A DNA stretch of 10,314 nt, from assembly GCA_964496415.1 (NCBI GenBank), contig CAZBZN010000025.1, forward strand, positions 1 to 10,314. Reading direction: 5' to 3'. The DNA comes from Candidatus Micrarchaeota archaeon (lineage in GTDB: Archaea > B1Sed10-29 > JAJRYS01). Under the pieces are notes generated by a model. That model saw only the letters and a program-made list of their open reading frames with translations, ran no database searches and was not told where the DNA came from. Below are positions 1 through 6,818 of the stretch, piece by piece. Numbering within the stretch: the first letter of the stretch is position 1; each line of letters starts with the position of its first letter. The translations under genes and the position numbers were made by a program.

Positions 1-79
1 CATCATCAACAATAACCCAGCGACGATTATTTTCATTAAGAACAAATGATAAATCCTTATCAAGTCTTTCCATTAACAT
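1..79 (-). CDS. 5' part of an ORF running off the left edge (MLMERLDKDLSFVLNENNRRWVIVDD...). Resembles the beta-strands of an RRE/PqqD-like domain; possible peptide maturase.
   Basis: Hand translation. ATG at 79-77, purine-rich AGGGGG at 94-89, open to position 1. Only 26 codons are visible, so the product call is weak. Confidence 0.45.
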   Translation of the reverse strand, partial: MLMERLDKDLSFVLNENNRRWVIVDD

Positions 80-122
80 TATAAACTTCCCCCTAAGAGA
101 AGTATCACCTATTCATATGTTT

Positions 123-239
123 TTATAAAAATAACCGTCTCCGTTGATCATATCCATTATGCTCTCCATAGTTGTCTATCCACGGCCCCCATCAGGATAA
201 CTTTGTTTTGCACCTAACACCTAGTGAAAAAACTTTCAT
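123..239 (-). pseudogene. Short peptide ORF with an internal TGA, paralog of 258-389: MKVFSLGVRCKTKLS*WGPWIDNYGEHNGYDQRRRLFL
   Basis: ATG at 239-237 behind GGGAAGGA, in-frame TGA at 194-192, TAA at 125-123. Shares MK[I/V]FS and [Y/W]IDxYG[D/E] with the upstream peptide, and the similarity continues in frame past the TGA. Confidence 0.55.
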
Positions 240-257
240 ACCAATCCTTCCCTGTAC

Positions 258-389
258 TTAATGTGATGAATCTATATATGCACTCACGCTGTAATTATCA
301 CCATACCTATCAATATAGCCATAGTCATCATACTCAATCATGTAACTGCAAACTTTACTATTTTTACTGTTGATTGAAAAAATTTTCAT
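258..389 (-). CDS. 43-aa peptide, putative RiPP precursor: MKIFSINSKNSKVCSYMIEYDDYGYIDRYGDNYSVSAYIDSSH
   Basis: Archaeal RBS GAGGTGA (400-394) 4 nt before the ATG, BRE/TATA upstream, TAA at 260-258. Four YxD motifs (YDD, YID, YGD, YID). Below the length cutoff of the ORF track. Confidence 0.65.
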   Translation of the reverse strand: MKIFSINSKNSKVCSYMIEYDDYGYIDRYGDNYSVSAYIDSSH

Positions 390-393
390 AACA

Positions 394-400
394 TCACCTC
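394..400 (-). promoter_or_regulatory. Shine-Dalgarno GAGGTGA for the 43-aa peptide
   Basis: Matches the archaeal SD consensus (GGAGGTGA) just ahead of the ATG at 389. Confidence 0.65.
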
Positions 401-424
401 TACAAGTATTTACCACCATTTAAT

Positions 425-440
425 TATTTAAAATTTTCTG
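425..440 (-). promoter_or_regulatory. BRE/TATA promoter (CAGAAAA-TTTTAAATA) for the peptide unit
   Basis: Purine-rich BRE abuts TTTAAATA about 25 nt upstream of the RBS. The AT-rich background lowers certainty. Confidence 0.55.
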
Positions 441-539
441 CAGCGATAAAAAGATAACTTCACGTATATTGTAAATAGAAATCGCAGTTCCTAAAAAAGA
501 TTTTTCTTAAAAGACTTTGGTTCTCTAACCCATTTTATT

Positions 540-552
540 AAAAAAACTAAAA
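540..552 (-). terminator. Oligo(T) terminator after the tRNA
   Basis: Minus strand reads TTTTAGTTTTTTT one base after the CCA end. Confidence 0.5.
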
Positions 553-570
553 GTGGTGGGCCCACTCGGA

Positions 571-654
571 CTCCCGGAGGAGCTGCGTTTTCCCCAGCGT
601 TAGGCAACAAGCGTAGCATTGTTGCCTGGGGGTTAGAAGGGGCGCAGCCCCTCT
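571..654 (-). other. 84-nt non-canonical tRNA intron at 59/60 (T loop)
   Basis: BHB: central helix TTCG/CGGG (two G-U pairs), bulges AAA and AGT, 11-bp intron helix GAGGGGCTGCG/CGCAGCTCCTC. Removal restores a 7-nt T loop. Confidence 0.88.
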
Positions 655-676
655 TTCGAACCAAGGACCTCCGGTT

Positions 677-721
677 GTCTTAGGCAAAACCCAGCAACCG
701 GAACTGTGCTAGAGCGTGCCA
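677..721 (-). other. 45-nt canonical tRNA intron at 37/38
   Basis: Strict BHB: central helix CTTA/TAAG, bulges TAT and ACA, flanked by the anticodon stem and GGCA/TGCC. Confidence 0.93.
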
Positions 722-791
722 TATAAGACCGGCGCTCTAACCTGACTGAGCTATGGGCCCTTTTAGTGTTATACTTTTGCTCTTTGCTTAA

Positions 792-805
792 ATTTAAAGT
801 TTTTC
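792..805 (-). promoter_or_regulatory. BRE/TATA promoter of the tRNA (GAAAAAC-TTTAAAT)
   Basis: Consensus-like BRE plus TATA 32-38 nt upstream of tRNA position 1, implying a short 5' leader. Confidence 0.65.
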
Positions 806-857
806 ATGAACACCAGCAGCGTTATGATTAATAAATGATTATTTTGTTATTTTTAAC

Positions 858-1412
858 ATGATTGGTATTACTGAACTTATAGAAATACTTGCTTTTTTAA
901 TTTCACTTTCATTTTCAATAATAATCTTAAGTAGGTTTTGGATTACTCTTGACTTAAAAAAGTTCGTTATGGGGATTTCTTTCTTAATCGGCGGAGTTTC
1001 TACAGCAAGCGCATTTTTATGTAACTCCATTAATACTTTATGTTATTTAAAATACTCTGCTTCTTTAGTTATTCCTTTAGGATTACTTGCAGCTGCTTTA
1101 ATGATTTTGACGAGGTATGAAAAACAAATTGCTTTACTGTTTTCTTTAGGAGTGATACTTTCTTTAGTCTTACCTCATAATGAATACAAATTGTTAAGGA
1201 TTCTTTTTTCATTTAGCTCAGCTCTTGCAGCAGCTGCCTTGTTTTTGATAACTTACTTAAAAACTCATGAAAAGAAACTCTTGTATTTGATTCTTTCAAT
1301 AGCTTTCTTTACCATTAGCCCAGTATTTTACCTTACTGGACTAGGTTTCTTTATTCATTACTTATTTATCATATTAGGGCTTTCAATAATGTTCGTAATC
1401 TTCTTAAAGTGA
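858..1412 (+). CDS. Hypothetical polytopic membrane protein (about 6-7 TM segments)
   Basis: 184-aa, almost entirely hydrophobic ORF ending 4 nt before the next gene. No family motif recognised. Confidence 0.7.
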   Translation: MIGITELIEILAFLISLSFSIIILSRFWITLDLKKFVMGISFLIGGVSTASAFLCNSINTLCYLKYSASLVIPLGLLAAALMILTRYEKQIALLFSLGVILSLVLPHNEYKLLRILFSFSSALAAAALFLITYLKTHEKKLLYLILSIAFFTISPVFYLTGLGFFIHYLFIILGLSIMFVIFLK

Positions 1413-1416
1413 TCGC

Positions 1417-1971
1417 ATGAAAAATATTAGCTTTGAATTAAGACGTAATCTTTTTCACCTTATCTTTGGATGCTTGCTTTCATTGATAGTCTTTTTCGGA
1501 GACCAAAAGTTCTTAGTTCCGTTTTTTTCAGGATTAGTTGTTTCAGGAGTTGTTATTTCAAAAGCTATTGAAAAAAGACCTGTTCCTATTTTGTCATGGT
1601 TTGTTGAAAAATTCGGGAGAAAAGACGAGCCCCCTGGAAGAGGAGCAATAAACTTCCTCACTGGAGTATTAATTTCTTTGTTGTTTTTTGATCCAAAGAT
1701 TGTTTTTATAGGAATCTTAGTGCTTTCTTTTGATGATAGCTTTTCAACAATAATCGGAATCAGTTTTGGAAAGCATAAGATAAGAAATAACAAAACATTG
1801 GAAGGATTTTTAGGAGGGTTCGCAGCTGCTTTATTTGTTTCCTGCATGTTCATCCCGCTAACAAAAAGCATTTTAGTATCTCTTGTTGCTGCAGTAATAG
1901 AACTTTACGCTTTCCTTGATGATAATCTTTTAATTCCAATCAGTGCTTGTATAGTAATCTCTTTAACATAA
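1417..1971 (+). CDS. CTP-dependent polyprenol/dolichol kinase-like protein (SEC59/DGK1/VTE5 family)
   Basis: ELRRNLFH at the N-terminus, DSFSTIIG..FGKHKI..NKTLEG CTP-binding motif, C-terminal DDN, multiple TM segments. Confidence 0.85.
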   Translation: MKNISFELRRNLFHLIFGCLLSLIVFFGDQKFLVPFFSGLVVSGVVISKAIEKRPVPILSWFVEKFGRKDEPPGRGAINFLTGVLISLLFFDPKIVFIGILVLSFDDSFSTIIGISFGKHKIRNNKTLEGFLGGFAAALFVSCMFIPLTKSILVSLVAAVIELYAFLDDNLLIPISACIVISLT

Positions 1972-1972
1972 G

Positions 1973-1981
1973 TTTTTATAA
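1973..1981 (+). promoter_or_regulatory. Putative TATA box (TTTTTATAA) upstream of aglB
   Basis: Lies in the only sizeable intergenic gap (44 nt) of the plus-strand run, about 35 nt before the aglB ATG. Confidence 0.45.
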
Positions 1982-2015
1982 TCAAAGAGCTTGTAAAAAA
2001 CAAAAGTGAAGCCTT

Positions 2016-4406
2016 ATGAAACTACGTAAGCAAGAAGTGCTTGAAGCAGTAATAATCATTGGATTGTTTTTGATAGCTTTTGGAATAAGAGCCATTCCTT
2101 CTGATAAGTTTCAAAACATTTATGGGTTTGACTCTTACTGGTCTGCGAGAATGACTAAATACATTATTACTGGGGAAAAGCCAGGATGGCCTTTTGTTCC
2201 AATGAATGATACTGTCACTGACTATCCTTGGGGAAGGATTGATTTTCCTGCTCTTGAAGTGGGATATTGGAGTATTAATGCTTTAGGCTACTGGCTTGCT
2301 GGAGGCGGAAGTTCTTTTGACTATCACTTGTTCGGAGTGGTTGCTTCATGGCTTAATGCTTTCTTAGCTTCGCTTGCGATCCCATTTATTTACTTGTTCG
2401 GCAGGAAAGCTTTTGGAAGAATAACTGGTTTTGCTTCCGCGTTGTTTTTAGCGTTTTCTCCAGGGCACTTGTTTTACTCTGTTTACGGTCATGCTGAAAA
2501 CGATGGTTTTGGATTATCCTTGTTTTTCTTAGCATTGTTTTCTTTCGTGTTAATGGTTAAAGAAAAAAAGAAAAAATACGGGTTGTTTTCATTATTCATT
2601 TTCTCTTGGCTTTCTTTAGTATGGCAGTCTTATAATGTCGCAGTACTTCTTATTTCTGGAACAGTGATTGCTTACTTCATTTACGCAGCTCTCTTAAGCA
2701 AGTTTGGGTATTACAAAAACTCTGAGTCAAAAGCAGAGAAAAGAAAGTGGATGATTAATTCTTTAGCATGGGTCACTCCTTCTGTAATAATTAACTACCT
2801 ATTTACTGGAAAAGAAGGCTTTGGAACTATGGCTCTCCCAGTATTACTAGTTGGGATGGGTATTGCTTTGATAATTGAAGCTTTTTGCTTTAAGAAAAAA
2901 CCATTGAAGGATTATAAGAAAATAAGTTTGTTTTTAGCAGCGTTTGCAGTAATTGGAGTATGGTTTTACGGAGCAGCTTTAGTAAAAGCTCCTTTAGGAT
3001 TCTTCTTACAATTCGGAAATGAAGGCAAACTCCTTCCTTACGAGCAAAGAATGCTGCAAACAATTGCAGAACAAAACCCAGTGCCTGGGAATAATTTCTT
3101 TGAAAGAATAAGTACTCTTGAAGGCAACTTTGGGTTTAACATTTGGCTTGCTTTCATAGGAGGATTGATAGCTTTAACAAAACTTTTTGTAGTGCCTTTC
3201 CTTAGAAAGGACTTTGACCACGAGTGGGATATAATGGCTTTTGGATTAACTTTCTTCTCTCTTTGGTTCTTAACTCAAAAGTCAATAACTTTGTTCTTCC
3301 TTTCAGGAAGCATTGCTTTTGGAGCAGGGTACTTCTTTGGTTCTGTTAAAAAAATCATTGACTACTTCATCAGGAAACCTGAATGGAAGAATTATAATGC
3401 CTGCTTAAGCATAATAGTAATAGGTTTTATGACTGCTTCTTCTTTCTCTTACTTCACGGTGATAACTGAAAACGCTAAGTCAATGTCTTATGATGTTTAT
3501 CCTGAATGGTTCGAGCTCTTTGACTGGATCAACAAGAACGTTCCAAAAGGTTCTGTAATGACTGCGTGGTGGGATTACGGGCACTGGCTTAACTACTTTA
3601 ACGGTGACAAAATTTACACAAGCCTTGACAATATTCAGGACAGAAAAGACATAATCTACACCGTAGCAGCAGCATTCACTCACACTCCTAAATGCGGAAT
3701 TGACCAAACTACTGGGACTTATTATTGTAACTCAACAGAACAAGCTTTAGAAGAAGCTGAAAGAGAATCCCTTTCACTGCTTAAGCCTTTAGGAACAAAC
3801 TACATCATCGTTGATTATGAGATAATTGCTGGAACTACTGGTGGAAAGTTCGGTGCTTTAGAACACATTGCAAACAACCAAATAGGTTGCGTGATGAGTT
3901 TTGATTGTAAGAAAACAGAAAACTATTACCTCTGCCCAATAGGAAGGATCAACACTGGAGAACAAGCCGGCTTTGCATTAACTCCTGAACAATGGGAGTT
4001 GTTGAAAAACACTTCTTGGCCAGGGTTAGTAGTAACAATTCCTGTCTATGGTTTTAACTCAAACCAGAAAGTAGGGGAAGTGAAAACCAGGTGGTTTGCC
4101 AAAGACACTTCAAGCGGAAAGCACTTGTTATTCGGAAGCGGGACAGCTTGCGGTAATTACTTCTTCCAAGGAGGAGCAAACCCAAGCAGTCCTGTCATTT
4201 ATTCTTTCATTCACAGGCTTTACTTTAATGACCCCTCATTAAAACATGTTGAAAAAGTATTTGATAATGGTTGGATAGTGGTTTACAAAGTAAACTGGGA
4301 GGGGATTCCTGACCCTGAAGAATTCACTTACTGGACTAAAACTAATTCAGTGCTGTGTACTGGAGAAGCTTCTGAAAGATGCAAGTTAGGAAAGCTAATA
4401 AAGTGA
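2016..4406 (+). CDS. aglB: Oligosaccharyltransferase AglB (STT3 family)
   Basis: GFDSY (GxD), HAEND (DxD-type), TIAE (TIXE), WWDYG, relaxed DK motif E..KFGAL. Multi-TM N-terminal half and soluble C-terminal domain. Confidence 0.95.
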   Translation: MKLRKQEVLEAVIIIGLFLIAFGIRAIPSDKFQNIYGFDSYWSARMTKYIITGEKPGWPFVPMNDTVTDYPWGRIDFPALEVGYWSINALGYWLAGGGSSFDYHLFGVVASWLNAFLASLAIPFIYLFGRKAFGRITGFASALFLAFSPGHLFYSVYGHAENDGFGLSLFFLALFSFVLMVKEKKKKYGLFSLFIFSWLSLVWQSYNVAVLLISGTVIAYFIYAALLSKFGYYKNSESKAEKRKWMINSLAWVTPSVIINYLFTGKEGFGTMALPVLLVGMGIALIIEAFCFKKKPLKDYKKISLFLAAFAVIGVWFYGAALVKAPLGFFLQFGNEGKLLPYEQRMLQTIAEQNPVPGNNFFERISTLEGNFGFNIWLAFIGGLIALTKLFVVPFLRKDFDHEWDIMAFGLTFFSLWFLTQKSITLFFLSGSIAFGAGYFFGSVKKIIDYFIRKPEWKNYNACLSIIVIGFMTASSFSYFTVITENAKSMSYDVYPEWFELFDWINKNVPKGSVMTAWWDYGHWLNYFNGDKIYTSLDNIQDRKDIIYTVAAAFTHTPKCGIDQTTGTYYCNSTEQALEEAERESLSLLKPLGTNYIIVDYEIIAGTTGGKFGALEHIANNQIGCVMSFDCKKTENYYLCPIGRINTGEQAGFALTPEQWELLKNTSWPGLVVTIPVYGFNSNQKVGEVKTRWFAKDTSSGKHLLFGSGTACGNYFFQGGANPSSPVIYSFIHRLYFNDPSLKHVEKVFDNGWIVVYKVNWEGIPDPEEFTYWTKTNSVLCTGEASERCKLGKLIK

Positions 4407-4412
4407 GTTAAT

Positions 4413-5423
4413 ATGCCTGCTTTAAGCCTTGGATTACTTGTGGCACTCGTCACTCCATTGATTATTGGTAAGAAAATAATCAAGTACTTAAAAGCAGTTG
4501 GGATAGTTGGAATAGACCAGCATAAAAAAGACAAGCCAGTGATTGCTTCTTCAGGAGGAACAATAGTAGCTACTGGTGTCTTTTCAGGACTATTGACTTT
4601 CATAGCTTTATCTGTCTTTGTTACAAAAGCAAACATAAACTTGCTTAACTTAATGGCAGCCTTGCTTACAGTACAAACGATTACTGTTATTGGTTTTCTT
4701 GATGACATCTACTTAAACAAGAAACCTGAGAAAGACAAGAGCGGGGAGATAATGCTTAGAAGAGGATTATCCCAGCTTGAAAAAACAGTTCTTTTAATTC
4801 CTGCAGCAATTCCATTAATGGCAGTGAATGCTGGAGTCTCTTCAATGATACTGCCTTTCATAGGAAAAGTGCAATTCGGATTACTGTACCCATTGATTTT
4901 AGTACCAATAGGCGTAGTATGCGTTGCCAGCGCAGTGAACATGCTTGGAGGGTTTAATGGCCTGGAAGCAAGCATGGGAGCAATAGCTCTTACAGGAATA
5001 GGCGTGTTCGCGTTAATGAATAACTCGGTTGAAGCAGCAGCAATAGCATTAACAGGAGCAGCTGCATTAATTGCTTTCCTAAAGTTTAATTTCTACCCAG
5101 CAAAAGTACTCCCAGGCGACTCATTAACTTACCTCATAGGGGCATTGATAGCCTCCTCAGTGATAATCGGGAACATTGAAAGATTCGGAGTAATAGTCTT
5201 CACTCCTTGGATAATAGAAGCCTTCATTAAAGCTAAGCAAAGATTCAGGGCAACTTGCCTTGCAAGAGTTGATGAAAAAGGACTGCTTCATCCAAAGAAC
5301 GATAAAATAGAATCTCTTACTCACCTGATGATGAAACTGTTCCCTCTAACTGAAAGAAGAATAGTAGTTCTGTTTGCTGGAATTGAGGCTTTGTGCGTTG
5401 CAATAGCCTTCGTGTTATGCTAA
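4413..5423 (+). CDS. aglH: UDP-GlcNAc:dolichyl-phosphate GlcNAc-1-phosphotransferase (AglH/Alg7/GPT; MraY-like family)
   Basis: GIDQHK, GFLDD, NMLGGFNGLE and YPAKVLPGDS motifs; polytopic; adjacent to aglB. Confidence 0.88.
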   Translation: MPALSLGLLVALVTPLIIGKKIIKYLKAVGIVGIDQHKKDKPVIASSGGTIVATGVFSGLLTFIALSVFVTKANINLLNLMAALLTVQTITVIGFLDDIYLNKKPEKDKSGEIMLRRGLSQLEKTVLLIPAAIPLMAVNAGVSSMILPFIGKVQFGLLYPLILVPIGVVCVASAVNMLGGFNGLEASMGAIALTGIGVFALMNNSVEAAAIALTGAAALIAFLKFNFYPAKVLPGDSLTYLIGALIASSVIIGNIERFGVIVFTPWIIEAFIKAKQRFRATCLARVDEKGLLHPKNDKIESLTHLMMKLFPLTERRIVVLFAGIEALCVAIAFVLC

Positions 5424-5438
5424 AGGAAAGGGGTATCC

Positions 5439-6818
5439 ATGATAATAGCATTTAGTGGTTTAGGAGGTAGTGGAAAAACACTACAAGCAAAGAAATTAAA
5501 AGAAGAATTTGAAAAGGAAGGAAAAAAAGCAAAACTCATTCACTTATCAGAGAAGTTTAGGTTGATAAACTTAGTTAAGAAAAACACTAAAACAAAAAGC
5601 ACTTGGAATGTTGACTTGAATCCTGGAATCATTAAAAGTATAAAATCACTTCTCATGTCAGTTTATTACGTGCTTCATAGTTGGGGGTTTTATTTCTCAA
5701 CTAAACGAAAAACAGTTATCCTTGACAGGTACTATGATGATTTTTTAGTAGGCTTGTACTACAGAAAAAGAATTCCTAAGAGCCTGCTAAAAGTAATGCT
5801 CAGGTTAATTCCAAGACCAGATCTTCATTATTACGTAAAAGTAACTCACTTAACTGCTTATGAAAGAAAAAAAGAACACCCTAAAAAAGTAATAAAAGCA
5901 GAAGAAACAGCATATGACGAATATTTAAAACTCAACAATAAAGTGATAATAATTAATGGTGAAAAAAGAGAAAAAGAAGTATTTAATCAGATAGTTTTTT
6001 TCACGGACAAGCCTAAAAACCTCCTTCCAGAAGAATTTGCTGTTCAAAGAAGCTTGTTTGAAAAAAAATGCCCTCACTTCTCGGTTGACATCGCTGATAA
6101 AATGATTGAATATGCTAATGCAAACAAGTGTTTATATCAACTTTACTTATTGTTCAAGAAAAACAAAATAGGATGCAGCAAAGAAAGCAAACTGGATGAA
6201 TACTTTAGTGAAAAGCTTAAAAAGATAAAAAGAACTATTGAGTATGTGAAAAAAAACTATAAAGAGGCTATAATAATAAAGTCTCTTGAAAAAGATGCTG
6301 ACCTCGGAGAAGACATTGATTTACTAATACCAACAGGCGAAATCAAAAAAGAAGAAATCCAAATACCAGGAGGACTTCCTTTAGATATTCACTATTCTAT
6401 AAACTATGATGGGATCGTCTTCCTAAAGGGAATGGAAAAAAAGATCCCTTTTGATGAATTAAATTACCTTGTAACAGTTGCACATGCTGTTTTTGAGGCG
6501 GGAACTATCACCTTAAATGATGTTCTTAAATCAAAAAACAAAAAAGTAAGCAAAAGAATTAAAAAAATGGTGGATGAGGACGGGTGGATTAATGCCTTAG
6601 AATACTTTGAGGAAAAAACAAAAAAAAGATACCAAAGATATCCAATATTTATACCACTCCCTTTAGTAATAAGTTTTAAAACAAAAAAAATCATTAACAA
6701 CCTTACCAAGAAACAAGGCATTGGAAAAAACATCATATTTTCACAAATAAAATCACTTGCAAATATCTGGTATGCTCACGTCAGAAGGAGGATAACTTAC
6801 TATGAAAAAAGACTCTAA
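5439..6818 (+). CDS. Fusion of a thymidylate-kinase-like P-loop domain and a putative nucleotidyltransferase domain
   Basis: IAFSGLGGSGKT Walker A, ILDRY, PRPDL, A..RK lid. The C-terminal half has IIK...GEDIDLL and LDIH, typical of Pol-beta-type (NTP_transf_5-like) proteins. Confidence 0.7.
   Translation: MIIAFSGLGGSGKTLQAKKLKEEFEKEGKKAKLIHLSEKFRLINLVKKNTKTKSTWNVDLNPGIIKSIKSLLMSVYYVLHSWGFYFSTKRKTVILDRYYDDFLVGLYYRKRIPKSLLKVMLRLIPRPDLHYYVKVTHLTAYERKKEHPKKVIKAEETAYDEYLKLNNKVIIINGEKREKEVFNQIVFFTDKPKNLLPEEFAVQRSLFEKKCPHFSVDIADKMIEYANANKCLYQLYLLFKKNKIGCSKESKLDEYFSEKLKKIKRTIEYVKKNYKEAIIIKSLEKDADLGEDIDLLIPTGEIKKEEIQIPGGLPLDIHYSINYDGIVFLKGMEKKIPFDELNYLVTVAHAVFEAGTITLNDVLKSKNKKVSKRIKKMVDEDGWINALEYFEEKTKKRYQRYPIFIPLPLVISFKTKKIINNLTKKQGIGKNIIFSQIKSLANIWYAHVRRRITYYEKRL

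Larger units (their letters stand above)
554..760 (-). tRNA. tRNA-Ile(UAU) with two introns. Exons 760-722, 676-655, 570-554; mature length 78 nt including the encoded CCA.
   Basis: Acceptor GGGCCCA/TGGGCCC plus A73-CCA; D stem GCTC/GAGC; anticodon stem CCGGT/ACCGG with spliced loop CT-TAT-AA (anticodon 725-723); variable loop AGGTC; T stem CTTGG/CCGAG with spliced loop TTCGAAT. Confidence 0.95.

Noticed and set aside
113..169. Short minus-strand ORF MESIMDMINGDGYFYKNI, in frame with the edge ORF across a TGA
   Set aside because: It overlaps the better-supported peptide paralog in another frame, has no clear RBS and is probably chance.
192..194. Genome-wide UGA reassignment or selenocysteine as the explanation for the in-frame TGA
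   Set aside because: TGA ends genes normally at 1412, 4406, 8298, 8957 and 9525, and no SECIS-like hairpin is evident.
571..721. C/D-box guide RNA or nested BHB inside the introns
   Set aside because: No RUGAUGA or CUGA boxes (only a CUGG), and no internal 4-bp helix with two 3-nt bulges could be built.
554..760. Split or permuted tRNA, or a rho-independent terminator reading of the GC-rich hairpins
   Set aside because: All exons are collinear in one locus and the hairpins lie within BHB-bounded introns.
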